Below are positions 50,609-64,000 of a stretch of 64,000 bases of DNA, piece after piece. Position numbers and translations under genes: made by a program. The stretch covers positions 18,652,357-18,716,356 of the forward strand of contig OZ316892.1 in assembly GCA_973895155.1 (NCBI GenBank). The letters run 5' to 3'. Below the pieces are notes generated by a model that saw nothing but the letters and a program-made list of their open reading frames with translations, had not been told where the DNA came from and searched no databases. The stretch comes from Marsupella aquatica (lineage: Eukaryota > Plantae > Marchantiophyta). The stretch's first letter is position 1. Every line of letters starts with the position of its first letter.

Positions 50609-53600
50609 TCATTTTCTTTTATACTTTCTTTTTCCTTTGTCTATAGTACTTGGTCTAGGCTCTTGTCTAGTTGTACAGGCTTCTGCCAACTCTATGTGAA
50701 ACTTAGCATTGTCATCCATAGTATCATGGAAATCAATTTCCATGTAATCACCCAGTACCCTTGTAGACCTGGATTCCTTGTGGAGGATTGTCCTCCATGC
50801 AATCCCCTTATCATTTGGGTAAAAAAACACCTGTTCTATCTGTCGTGGCAATACATAGTCCATTTTCATGGAAGCACCCAGCTCCTTCTGAAAATTTACT
50901 TGCCATAATCCAGACGCATCATATCTCATACTTGCAGTGGCTTTGGGAGTCCAAGATGGGTTTGCCCACCTTCCTTTGAAAAGGACCACTTCCTTTATCA
51001 GAGGCCCATAGTTCAACACTAAGATGTCTGTCAACACCCCCACATATTGTACAGATTCATCTACTGTTGCCCCTGACCTAATCACCCGCTTCTCAGTGAA
51101 TGTACAAGCCATCCCAGAATCAAAAGTCTTGAACCCAGATGAATCACAATCAATCAAGGAACCTAGTGATGGAATGGTCCTCCAATGGTGCCCATAGGCT
51201 CTGCAGGCCCTGTACCGCAGTGCCTTCAGACTAGGTGGTACACTATACGCTGCCAACACCATTCGTTCAAACTCATTCTCAAAATTATGCCTTCTAATTG
51301 TCACTTCAAACCATTCTCTAAAAGGAGGCAACTCATCCAAATCAGAGGGATAAGGCACAGGATTCCTCCGATTTCCTGGATTCTTCATCCATTCTTTTCG
51401 GAAATCTGCTCTGTGCTTGGTAACTTCCTCCTTTTGATCATCATAAACCCTGCATGGCAAGAATGACAGTCAGCTCCTAGGCCCACACAATTTCTGCTCA
51501 AAACTCAATTCTGTTTAATAATAAACAACAGAGAACTTAACAATATAAACCATGCTCATACCTATACCATGGTTCCACCAGCTCTTCATTCTCCAGTATG
51601 TAATGATGCATAGCTATCATATCATTCCACTCCAAGATGATCTGTTTTCCAGCTCCTTCCGAAACAATGCCTGCAACACCAGGATTCTCCTCCAAGTCCC
51701 ATGTTCTCATTCCTGTCCCCTTAACATCGATCATGTATTCAGAAAGGAATCCTAAAGATTCATCCAGAAGGTAGCCTTCAGCCATAGAAGCCTCTGGACG
51801 TGCCTTGTTTCGAACATAACCCTTCAAGGTCTTTAGATATCTTTCTATTGGGTACATCCATCTAATGTTCACTGGACCACAGATGTCTAGTTCCTGAACC
51901 AGATGAATCAACAGATGGGTCATGACATCAAAGAAGCTTGGTGGGAAATGAATTTCCATAAGGCAGAGTGTGAATGCAACATCCAACATCACAGAGTTGT
52001 ACTGTGAGGGATCCCAAACCTTGGCACAGATGGTACGCCACACATTGCTCACTCTGGCTCTGGCCAACCGAACACCTTCATCAAGTAATCCCATTGTTGC
52101 CAATGGAAGGATTTGTTGCATGAGGTGATGGAAATCGTGAGATTTCAGCCCTGATAACTTCTTCTTAACTGTGACACATTTAGCCAAAGAACTGCTGAAA
52201 CCAGTGGGCCCTTTAAAGGTCAACAATACCTCTAAGAACTTAGTCTTCTTTGTCTTATTGAGGCAGTATGGGGCTGGCGGCATGATCTTTGAATCTTTTT
52301 TTGGATCTGGATTTGGAACCAGCCACAGGTGTTCCCGCACGTCCATGACTTTCATGTCTTCTCGAACAGAAGGAGTATCCTTTGTCCCCAAAATAGTGTG
52401 CACAATGTTGTGTGCAAGATTCTTCTCACAGTGCATGGGATCCAAACAATGGTTGATGAGAAGTTTCTGCATTGGATGCACAGTTCAATACAAACTAAGT
52501 TAGAATCAGAAATGTTACTCTTTGGTACTTAACATTACACACTAAGGGATTCAGTATGGGGAACCAGATACTTACACTCCAGTATGGCAGCTTGTATAAT
52601 CCAGTAACCCTCTTCACTCCATTCTTCTTTACTGGAGAGTTTTCATCATCCAGCGCATTCCCTGGTTTCTTCTCCACATATTTAGCGGTCTTTTCTCCCC
52701 AACGTTTCCTATCAGAGCTGGACGCTCTACATGGTGCAGCTCGTGCCTCTACCTCACCATTAAAGTATTTTGCCACTTCCTCTCTGCGAAAATAGTGCCT
52801 ATGTGGTAACCAGCGACGATGGCCAGCAAACAGTAACTTGCCCAACTGTTTTGAACCTTGTGCCACACAATTTGGCCCACAAACCACACATCCTTTGTAC
52901 CCTGCATGTTGTTGGCCAGAGACTAATCCATATGCAGGATAATCATTGATTGTCCACAATACTGAAGCCCTTAGCTTGAACTATTGCTGCAATCCTAGCC
53001 TTGGTAGAACATCAAAACAATCTACTCCTTCTGACCATAATGTCTCAAGATCATCCACAAGTGGAGCCATGTATACATCAAATTGTTCCTCGCTTACAGA
53101 CACAGGACCTGGAATTAGAAGAGCCAGCATGACAAAGAACTTCTTTGTGGAAAGCCAAGGAGGGATATTATAATTCAATAGCAGGATTGGCCATGTAGAC
53201 CAGGCAGTAGAATTATTCCCAAATGGATTTACCCCATCAAGTGCCAATCCCATTCGCACATTCCTTGGCTCAGCAGCAAAAGCAGGGTCGATCTCTGTGT
53301 CCACATGTTTCCATGCCTTTGAATCTGCTGGATGCATGTCACACCATGTTGTCCTTGCTCTTGTTCTCATGATGCCAAGTCATTAGCTTAGATGTACCCT
53401 TAGTGGCATACAATCTCTTCAATCGAGGGATTATAGGGAAATATCTCAAGACCTTTGCAGGCTGTAAAGAATTCCCCACTAACTTCATCTTTGGCTGATT
53501 ACACTTGGAACAATTGTCCAACTCTGCAGTCTCATTTCTAAACAACATACATCCATTCTCACAGACTGGGATTCTCTCATAGTCTAAACCCAATTTTCTT

Positions 53601-55062
53601 ATTAATTGTTTTGCAGCATATAGGTTTTTAGGGAGAGTGTGCTCTGTTGGCATTCCATGCTCAGTCAACAAAGACAGCATGGCATTCACTCCCGTGTTTG
53701 AGAACCTATTGTTGTGACAGATGTTTAAAAACAACAATATGAAGGAAACTACATCAGTCTTACTGCCTGGAAATAAGGGTCTCATGGCTTCTTCTAAAGA
53801 CCCTTGCAGAGGGACAGGATTTATAGGATGCCCTGCTGCAGGTGTGTCCTCAGCCCTGGTCTCAGCAGAGGGTGGACCTACCTCATTCTCATCATTTTGA
53901 AACATTGAATCTATATCAAAAGGAGGATCATTATCCACATATTCGTCAGACTCTTCAGAAGCTCTTGCCAATGTCTCCTGAAGTAAAACTCTGACCTGCT
54001 CTTCAACATCTATTGATGGCTGGCCTGAGTGGAATGCCTCTCGAGACATTCCTGCCCTTAGTGCCTCTGGACCAGAGTTACGAATGTAATTGGATCTCCA
54101 CTCCTCATCAGAAGAGTCTTCACCTTCTCCTACCCACACTCGACAGGCCCTGGGCCCCCAGCATTATTAATAATGGGCTGGACGTGCGAACGGATGAAGG
54201 GTGCAAAAAATCTGATTTGAGATTAATTTTTATAATTGGCTTAGAAATATCAAGGGATGGTTTTATTCAAAGAACCTTTTCTAACTAATATAGGCTTATA
54301 TAAATGTCACCCAAGTTAATATGCTTCAAGAGGTGATGTAATATGGATGTGACACGCGTCACAATAGGATTGGTCCTTGTGGTCACCCTTTATTGGAACA
54401 TGTGTATATGACATATAATTATGCTTGCAACATCTATGATTCAGAGTAGTTTAGGACTTTGGAGCTTTTGAACCCTGACTACCCTGCCATGTGGTTCAAA
54501 AATGAAGTTTGGGGTTAAAGGGTCACGAACACAAAAATGTATGTACCCAAAACCCTTCTAAAACACTCCCATCAGTTTTAGAACCGTTTGCACATGATAA
54601 ATTTATAACTTTTCAAGGCTTTCATAAATGGTGTAAAATGTGAAATTATAATATCTCAAAGGGGCAGATTTATTCTCCAAAATTAAGTTTTTAAGAATAA
54701 CAAGAGAAATTTTTATAGGCTTCCAAAAATAATAAGGGGTACTAGGGAGGGGGGTGTACGCACGTATACCTCTTTAGTTTACAAAGGCTGGGGGCCCAGG
54801 GTCGACAGGCAGGGTAGCGGCCATATTTAAGAAGATGTTGTCGACTGGTCTTTCGAGTAGTCTTAACAATCCCTTTGCATTCCATGCAAGAGCAATACAT
54901 TCTATGATCAACACTACCAGAGCAAGCTGTCTGTTCCCGAGCCCATAAGTTATCATCATGACGCTGTATTCGACGTGGATGGGAAAGAGGTAATCTTCTC
55001 AGGTTGTTTGCCTCTATTGTATGTGCAGTGTTATGTGACCCAGCCTGGCTAGAAGAAGCCAT
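50609..55062 (-). pseudogene. CACTA TnpD transposase (transposase-associated domain, Transposase_21, DUF4218, DUF4216)
   Basis: CSCMEC...H; LRYFPIIPRLKRLY; HPADSKAW; LDGVNPF; WTINDYPA; CLDPMHCEKN; LKSHDFH; RWMYPIERY. Frameshift ~53345, TAG at 52981, MITE insertion. Confidence 0.95.
54148..54801. mobile_element. MITE copy 2 (654 bp, perfect 15-bp TIR, 8-bp TSD)
   Basis: CCCTGGGCCCCCAGC...GCTGGGGGCCCAGGG; TSD TCGACAGG at 54140-54147 and 54802-54809; removal restores YPACRVWVG. Confidence 0.95.
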
Positions 55063-56449
55063 GATTGTAGCACTACCTAATCAAAAACACAGTTGCACAT
55101 CTTTCTTCTGTCACATCTTGCAGAGCATATGAATTTGTTCTAGACAACTCCAAAACCCTTCCATACCATCTTCTAGACCGTCATGTGAAGCAAATGTGTG
55201 CACAAGTGAAGAATAGACATACATTTGAGGCACAGTACTCCAACTGAGGTAAAGGCAGCTCCCACTTTAGCCTTCATTGCCAATAGAATAGTACATGCAT
55301 GCCAACAAAAGGTAAACAGATTACATATTAGCAACTTGATCAGAAATTATTTACTTGGGTACACGTTACCTAATCTCAATTCATACTGTAAGTGACAATG
55401 GGTATTTGAAGGAGACCTGAATTGTACAAATGAAAATGACAAAAGTTTACAAGACCAAATAGAGGCCTACCTCAACCAGATTTAGGGCAAGGGTGTTCAC
55501 AGTAGTCAGCAATCTCAGACCCTTCAAAATAGTGAATACAATAACAAACATTAATCATAATGTCCAACAATCCCCTCCTTCATTCTGTGACTTTTGAATT
55601 CATTTGTTGAAATGATCATCTTCATCAAGGCAGTTTGTTTTGGGCAGGTACTAGAATAGATTCAGATCACAACATTTCATCATCCCCACACAAACCAGGA
55701 TACATATGGGCAAGGGCCTCAAAGGATTTCATGTAATCTACATAATGTCACATACTGTGTTTTTGTGCAATAGTCAGAATAAAATACAGTCACTCAGTCT
55801 TCAAATTATCAAAAATGACGAAGTTCAGAGATCGACCCAGGTTGAAGGGTTGAAGGAGTTCTTAAGGCTGTAGGTTTAGAAAGGCAGTACTACAAAACTT
55901 GAGAGACATTATGTAAAGTTTGCCTTCTTATGGCCAGATCCCTCAAAGGGACAACAACATTTTTAAGACCTTGGGTGGATTTTAGGTCTTGCCTCTAAGG
56001 TCAGTGTGATGTTTTTTAGTGTTTTAGTTCTTTTGTTATGTATCTCCATTCAGGCTGTTCATATATTGCTGAGTACAGCTGTAACAGTCATCATACAATC
56101 AGAATTGATACTGGTCTTTCTCCACTAAGTGTTGCTCTACTCTAGGGCAAACAGTCTCAACCACAGGTGTAGTCCACTTCATACAGTGAGACAATTTAGT
56201 CCACTTCATACAATCAGGCAGTTTAGTCCATTTCATACAATCATCCTGCTTTAGTCCATTTCAGTTTAGTCCATTGAATCCAACTTGACACTTCACTCCA
56301 TTTTCATCCAACAAAAAACTCTGGTGCTCCACTGTACCCCTTTAGTCCATTTTGTGTCCAGTATCCTCCAGAAGTCCTTAACCCATGACAAGTTCAATAT
56401 ACTTTGTACTAGGCAGTGTTTTCGACACAACTGAACTAAGGCTTATCAT

Positions 56450-57170
56450 CTATTTGAAATCATGAGGTGGCACATCAGAACTCTCTGGAATGACATGGCG
56501 ATTGCAGTACACCATACGCCATGGACCAATATCCCACGTTTCTCTACCCTTCACCCCTCTCTTGAGGTGTTTGTCTGCCTCTGGTCCCTCATCCCTGCAC
56601 CACGCACGAGGGCACCTACGACACTGGATGAATTCCCAGATGCCATCCCGATACTCCTTGCAAACATCAGAATAATGCCTTGGGCATATCAGAGCAGCGG
56701 GATGTGCATCTGAGTTTTGTGCGTACCCCAGGAGAGGCAACTCCCTTGCCCTCAGTATGGTCCGCAGACAACCCACGTGATAAAAAGAAGAGCAGTCATC
56801 TTGTGCACACTGGACCACAAGGGGCTCATCTGCAGTGGGCTTTACGGTTCGGCCAAGTAGTCCACAAGCAAAGCAACGACCTTGGTTCTGCTGACAGAGG
56901 TCACAGAGCCACTCCTTGGCCCAATCATGCCCTCTAGAAATGGCAACGGGTGTGCACTCAGGCCCATGGCCATCAGGCTCCTGAGGAGCTTGCTGGCCAT
57001 GAACTAAGTAATGGAAATGACGACTGCAAGGCCCATCGCAGAACAAAACAGTACCTCCCTCATCACATTCAAAACAACAAGGGGGATCCAAGCGAAGGTG
57101 TTCTTTATGGGCAAACTTTGGATCCAGCCAGGCAGCAGCAGCTCGTGCCATGCCCGATGTCATGCGTGGA
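56450..57170 (-). CDS. EDM2/NSD-like triple PHD-finger exon carried inside the CACTA element
   Basis: CFECDEGGTVLFCDGPCSRHFH...WLCDLC...CFACGLLG...QCAQDDCSSFYHVGC...CPRH...QCRRCP...MVYCNRH; CAG acceptor at 57171-57173. Confidence 0.85.
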
Positions 57171-60100
57171 TCTGCACAATTACCTTGAATATTACAAGAA
57201 GTGTATGGAGAAGGGCAACAGACAAGTACAAAGATGGTATTTGGACATAGTGTACTTACCGTAAGAGGTCTTAGTACAAATCAGGAGATGTCCTGCCCAC
57301 CTCGATCTCACGGAGTACAAGCAATGTCAAAAATAACTTGGCTTTGGCTTAAGGGTGCTCTGCACAGAGAGCAAGCAGTTCAGGGTTTAGTGTCAGGCAG
57401 ACTTGGAAAAAATGTTCAGAAGAGTCAAAGAGAAGTTCATTCAAAAAGGCAACCACTGTGAAGACCATAGAGCACACAAATTAAATATTGTTCACTGAAA
57501 TTGTACTCATTCAATACTTGTTGGAGCAGGTAGAATTCAGTAGCGACTGGGGATAGTATAGACAGGGCTGTAGCTCTTCTTGGGGGGGGGGGGCTAACTA
57601 CATCGGATTAAAACCTCTATCCTTTTAAAAACTCATTTAAACATTCACAGGTCTTACTTGCACAAAGAAAGGAACTGGTATACTGGCCACTGCACACAAG
57701 TCATTATCTGAGTACAGTGGACTGGGCCCCCCTTCACTGAGAAACAAGCTCACCTCCACATCAAGTCACCACTGTAGAAAGTCACCACAACTCTTAAAAT
57801 GATGTTCTTTCAAGGATTTAGGGATTTTATTCAGAGTCTCTTGGGGCCGCCTTGTTACTTAGTGAAGAAAAAACAGTCAAGACGACTCAATTAAGCATTT
57901 TCTAAATTCAAGAAAAATAAATCTCAACAGCAACCCAATCGATCACAACAACAAACACACGACATGGATGCAAGCAAGCCCACCTCCACTGGAGCCTTCT
58001 TGTGTAGCAGCACCACCAAACAAGGGTCCAATCTTCCTTAGAATCCCTGGATGCTGCAGCCTGTGGGAATGCAGCTTTAGGGTTATCCAATACTAACCGC
58101 ACCGGTGCAGCAACAAGTCTCTTCAGATATGCAGGACGGTCCAATGTCAGTCCAACACAATCATGTAAGAAATGGAACGTAAAATTTGATGGCACAATAT
58201 CCAGATGGCATGAAAGATGCCTTTGTGACTTATGGCAATTTGCGTAGCTTAAATTCACTAGGATGTTCCACAAAAAATAAGTACCAGCAACAGGAAGAAC
58301 ACAAAGAATGGGCAACCAATTCAATAGTCCAACAATCTAGACACCTCTGACAGCATCGCAAAAAATTTGTAAGACTGCTCTCTAGTATTTGAGCACAAGA
58401 TACTTACAAATGGCGCGAATTGTAAAACAGAGCTCCAATCCTCCTTAGAATCTTTGGATGATGCAGGCAGGAATGCAGCTCCAATGCAGATCCAATCGCA
58501 CCTCAGCAACAACTAGTCTCTTTAGATATGCACGTATGTCCAACACAGGTAAGAAACGAGAATACAGTCAGAAATTATTGCATGCAGGAGGAGTAGGATA
58601 GAACGGGGGATACAAGGAAAAAACAGCTTTTCTTTCCCTAAGCTTGAGGATGCAATCCTCTCGGACTCACCTTGCTGGTCGTTGCAACTCCAATGCCCAC
58701 CTCCAATCGGCTCCACATTCAATCTGTAGTAAATGAGTATACTGCATGACAGAGCACAGTAAGCAGAGTATGAGAAAAGACAAAAATTGAGGTATGGCCA
58801 GACAAGGACAGAAACTGAACAAAAATGAATAGAAAATGAACAAGAATACAGTCAGGAACGCAAACTTCTGGAGAGCAACAGAGAGCATTGAAGAGGAATC
58901 GATCATTAAAGTTTTTTAAGACTCAGAGCAATGTTGGTAGAAATAGGAAGCTTGAAATAAGAGACGAGAGTCTGCGGAACACTTGATGTGATGAAGCCGC
59001 TGTGTGTGGCATCAAGCAACGTCAAGGACAGACAAAGCAAAGTAGGCCATAGTCTATTCTAGTGCTTGGGACACACAGGGTATCTCTAATGCATGTCCAC
59101 CTTCATCACAGCTCAAAGCACAACATCGAAGCACAACATTGCAGCACGGCCAGATACTTACTTGGGGGACGTAGTGCCACATAAATTGGACAGAGAATGT
59201 GCAGCTATCCACTGACTCCAATCATCCAGGTCATACCTTTGAGGTGGAAGTCGCAAGAGGTTGCGCTCTGTAGCAGCTTGCGAGCAATGGCGTTGCAGGT
59301 TGGAGGCAGCTACAACATTGAAGGTCCCGGGTCTCAACTTGCACATACAGGAGCTTGCGCTCTGTAGATAGTCCGAGGGAGCAACGGTGTTGCGGAGTCC
59401 TTTCTCCACCAAGCTCGCTCTGTAAGTAGCCAACCTTAGTGACAAGAAGCTGCAAGTTTCCACTGAGCAAGCTGAGTTCCACTGAGCTGGTTCTCAAAAA
59501 CCTTTGCAGTCAAAATAAGGCAATCCTCCAATGAAGAGCTTGGTCTCAACCTCCAAGCGCAAACCTCCCCATGGTGAAACCCGCACCTCCCACACAACAA
59601 CTCATCACTCTCCCATTTTGCAAGCAGGTTGCCCTCGATGATGGTAGCAGCTGTCCTCCTACCTGCCTCGACCCGGGGCCTCGACAATGGCAGCCAAGCG
59701 CAGCGGCCCTCCTAGCGGCCCTCCTTCAATGTCTACCCATGAATGCAGCACCAAGGTCGATCGACTCCCTGCAGTTTAGTCCGTCGACTCCCTGCAGCAC
59801 CAAGGTCGCACCTTGACTCCCCGCAGCACCAAGGTTGTGCACTCACTTCCCACAGCACCAACTGAAGGTCGCACCTCGACTCCCCGCTTATTGCTACGAG
59901 GAAATTCACAGCCCTAATGTTGTCGGGTGACAATGTGAGAGCACTCTGCCTGAGCACGCACTGCATTGCAACGGTAAACCCTTCACGTAAACCTGCACCG
60001 ACTGGGACACAAAACGCAACATTCGATATGTTGTTCTCGATGTTTGACCGGACTAAGGAAGGCATCCAATGCGAGGTAGTGTAAAATAACATTCCTGTGC

Positions 60101-60479
60101 AAAGGGCCACGATTGCATGAGGGGATGATTATAGATGCTACATAGACGGTCCAGATGCTGTGATCCTATCCCCCATCAAAAGACTTGGGAGACCCTTAGG
60201 AAAGGGGGGGGGGCATGTGCACCCTAACCATTACTCATTATGACCCCCAAAACATATAAATACATACAAGGGGGAGCTTATTGAGTGATGAGGTCTTGGG
60301 GGCGAGCTTGGGGGTATGTTTAGAAGGATCCCATTCAAACATAATTGTGGACTGACTTAGTCTAATTTTAACACTTCACCCTAAACCCTGCCCTTTTATG
60401 AACATAATTATGCATGTTCCGTTGTACACCCTATATATATCATTGTTTTGTGTATGTAACTCATGGTTGGCTCCTACCA

Positions 60480-63400
60480 TCAATATGGCGGAATACGTCA
60501 TCAAGGGGTGTAATGAGTCATATTGTGTGTGGCTTACATGATTGTTGCATTGACATCAATGACCATTTTTTGTAAGTCGTACAACTTGGGAGTGTTTTGC
60601 CCAAAGTTGAGTGATGCCCTTCCATGATGCAGAATGTGCGTGTTAAAAAGTGTTGTGGAAGCCAACTGGCATAACTAGTGGCCGAGGGTTGTCAAATACC
60701 CCATTCCGCACCATGTGGAGTGGGTAGCATCCCTAATGGCCGGCTACAATCACGGATATTGCAAATTAGCCCCCGAAACTCCCAACGGGTCATATTGTCC
60801 ATGGCATGCTTGACTGCCGCATTGACATCATGAATGACTTGTTTTTGTGTCATACGCAAGAATGACGTATCCTATGACTCTATAAATGACGAAAATATTC
60901 AGTCACTTGCATAAATGATGCAAAATCCCTTGCAAATGACAAAATATGAGTGGTTTGCACCCCTTTGGGCAAATGACTTGAAAGTCGTACAACTTGGGAG
61001 TGTTTTGCCCAAAGTTGGGTGATGCCCTATCATTGTGCAAAAGTTTGGTCATAAAAACTATTGCTTTGCCAATTAGTGATAACTAGTGGCCCAGGATTGA
61101 GGGGCACCCTATCCCACACCATGTGGAGTGGGTAGCATGCTCAATGGCGGGCCCCTATCACCAACAATGGCCGATCAACGGCCTGAGTTCCAGAAGAGTC
61201 ATATTGTCCATGGCATGCATGACTGCTACATTGACATGAACAATGACTCGTTTCCGTGTCATTTGAATAAATGACATATCCTAGCACTCATAAAATGACC
61301 AACACAATGACTGACAGGCACAATTGACTGAAAATGGCTTGGGAATGACCATATGGGAGTGATTTGGACCCCTTTGGACAAATGACTCCAAAGTCATACA
61401 ACTTGGGAGTGTTTTGCCCAAAGTTGGGCCATGCCCTTCCATGATGCAAAATGTGTGTGTTAAAAAGTGTTGTGGAGGCCAAGTGGCATAACTAGTGGCC
61501 CAGGGTTGGTGAGTACCCTGTCGCACACCATGTGGAGTGGGTAGTATCCCTAATGGTGGGCTACAATCATGGATATGGCCAGTCAACCCCCGAAGGCCCC
61601 AAAGAGTCATATTGTCCATGGTATGCAGGACTGCACTATTGACATCATGAATGACCCCTATTTGTGTCATTTGCTCATATGACATCCCCTGGCACTGCAT
61701 AAATGACAAAAACTTTTAGTCAATCGCACAAATGACTCTATATCCCTTGCAAATGACAAAATGCAAGTGGTTTGCACCCCTTTGGGCAAATGACTCCAAA
61801 GTCATACAACTTGGGAGTGTTTTGCCCAAAGTTGGGCCATGCCCTTCCATGATGCAAAATGTGTGTGTTAAAAAGTGTTGTGGAGGCTTTAACCCTAACT
61901 AGTGGCCCAAGGTTGGTGAGTACCCTGTCGCACACCATGTGGAGTGGGTAGTATCCCTAATGGTGGGCTACAATCATGGATATGGCCAGTCAACCCCCGA
62001 AGGCCCCAAAGAGTCATATTGTCCATGGTATGTAGGACTGCACTATTGACATCATGAATGACCCCTATTTGTGTCATTTGCTCATATGACATCCCCTGGC
62101 ACTGCATAAATGACAAAAACTTTTAGTCAATCGCACAAATGACTCTATATCCCTTGCAAATGACAAAATGCAAGTGGTTTGCACCCCTTTGGACAAATGA
62201 CTCCAAAGTCATACAACTTGGGAGTGTTTTGCCCAAAGTTGGGCCATGCCCTTCCATGATGCAAAATGTGTGTGTTAAAAAGTGTTGTGGAGGCTTTAAC
62301 CCTAACTAGTGGCCCAAGGTTGGTGAGTACCCTGTGGCACACCATGTGGAGTGGGTAGCATCCCTAATGGTGGGCTACAATCATGGATATGGCCAGTCGA
62401 CCCCCGGAGGCCCCAAAGAGTCATATTGTCCATGGCATGCAGGACTGCAACAGTGACATCATGAATGACCCCTATTTGTGTCATTTGCTCATATGACATC
62501 CCCTGGCACTGCATAAATGACAAAAACTTTTAGTCAATCGCACAAATGACTCTATATCCCTTGCAAATGACAAAATGCAAGTGGTTTGCACCCCTTTGGG
62601 CAAATGACTCCAAAGTCATACAACTTGGGAGTGTTTTGCCCAAAGTTGGGCCATGCCCTTCCATGATGCAAAATGTGTGTGTTAAAAAGTGTTGTGGAGG
62701 CTTTAACCCTAACTAGTGGCCCAAGGTTGGTGAGTACCCTGTGGCACACCATGTGGAGTGGGTAGCATCCCTAATGGTGGGCTACAATCATGGATATGGC
62801 CAGTCGACCCCCGGAGGCCCCAAAGAGTCATATTGTCCATGGCATGCAGGACTGCAACAGTGACATCATGAATGACCCCTATTTGTGTCATTTGCTCATA
62901 TGACATCCCCTGGCACTGCATAAATGACAAAAACTTTTAGTCAATCGCACAAATGACTCTATATCCCTTGCAAATGACAAAATGCAAGTGGTTTGCACCC
63001 CTTTGGGCAAATGACTCCAAAGTCATACAACTTGGGAGTGTTTTGCCCAAAGTTGGGCCATGCCCTTCCATGATGCAAAATGTGTGTGTTAAAAAGTGTT
63101 GTGGAGGCTTTAACCCTAACTAGTGGCCCAAGGTTGGTGAGTACCCTGTGGCACACCATGTGGAGTGGGTAGCATCCCTAATGGTGGGCTACAATCATGG
63201 ATATGGCCAGTCGACCCCCGGAGGCCCCAAAGAGTCATATTGTCCATGGCATGCAGGACTGCAACAGTGACATCATGAATGACCTATTTTTGTGTCATTT
63301 GCATGAATGTCGTCTCCCAACACTCCCTAAATGACACAAACCCTTAGTCACGTGCACAAATGACTTTAGATCCCTTGCCAATGACGAACAATAGTGGTTT

Positions 63401-64000
63401 GCACCCCTTTGGGCAAATGACTCCAAAGTCATACAACTTGGGAGTGTTTTGCCCAAAGTTGGGCCATGCCCTTCCATGATGCAAAATGTGTGTGTTAAAA
63501 AGTGTTGTGGAGGCTTTAACCCTAACTAGTGGCCCAAGGTTGGTGAGTACCCTGTGGCACACCATGTGGAGTGGGTAGCATCCCTAATGGTGGGCTACAA
63601 TCATGGATATGGCCAGTCGACCCCCGGAGGCCCCAAAGAGTCATATTGTCCATGGCATGCAGGACTGCAACAGTGACATCATGAATGACCTATTTTTGTG
63701 TCATTTGCATGAATGTCGTCTCCCAACACTCCCTAAATGACACAAACCCTTAGTCACGTGCACAAATGACTTTAGATCCCTTGCCAATGACGAACAATAG
63801 TGGTTTGCACCCCTTTGGGCAAATGACTCCAAAGTCATACAACTTGGGAGTGTTTTGCCCAAAGTTGGGTGATGCCCTTCCGCAATGTAAAATGTGTGTT
63901 TTAAAAAGTGTTGTGGAGGCCAAGTGGCATAACTAGTGGCTCAGGGTGTACAAGTACCCCATCCCGCACCATGTGGAGTGGGTAGCATCCCTAATGGCCA
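60480..64000. repeat. 406-407-bp tandem satellite (>=8 units) inside CACTA element
   Basis: Near-identical ORFs recur at 61738, 62145, 62552 and 62959 (407-bp period); outer units are more diverged. Confidence 0.97.

Larger units (their letters stand above)
46469..64000 (-). mobile_element. Second CACTA (En/Spm) element, runs beyond window end
   Basis: CACTAGTGGAAAA terminus at 46469, GTCAT subterminal repeats, TnpA- and TnpD-like genes, satellite on far side. Confidence 0.88.

Noticed and set aside
61281-63565. Repeated 66-73 aa ORFs
   Set aside because: By-products of the 407-bp satellite; no recognisable domain.

Overview
Eukaryotic (land-plant) heterochromatin-like DNA: GT-AG introns, a plastid 23S fragment, an RPL18a exon, and no intact host gene. 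The window is a nest of DNA transposons. A CACTA/CMC element starts at 9441. Its minus-strand transposase gene (34673->12201) is split by a 6.6-kb PIF/Harbinger element (27356-33975) and by a 12.1-kb Mutator-like element (14711-26823, 8-bp TSD CTCAAATG). The MULE itself carries a MITE. A second CACTA element starts at 46469 (TnpD, TnpA, EDM2-like triple PHD cargo, 407-bp satellite) and runs off the window. Two further CACTA ends (1790, 7754) and a Copia remnant lie on the left. Best candidate for an undescribed system: divergently from its transposase, the MULE encodes a spliced gene joining a ParB/Srx-like domain (VFDGNHR) to a bacterial-type beta-class N6A/N4C DNA-methyltransferase-like domain. 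The same element carries 16 copies of the palindrome AGCGCCNGGCGCT, confined to its introns, divergent promoter and UTRs. This resembles a parS/ParB-like or VANDAL/VANC-like self-recognition module. This copy is pseudogenised, and all domain calls are by-eye motif recognition, not HMM results.
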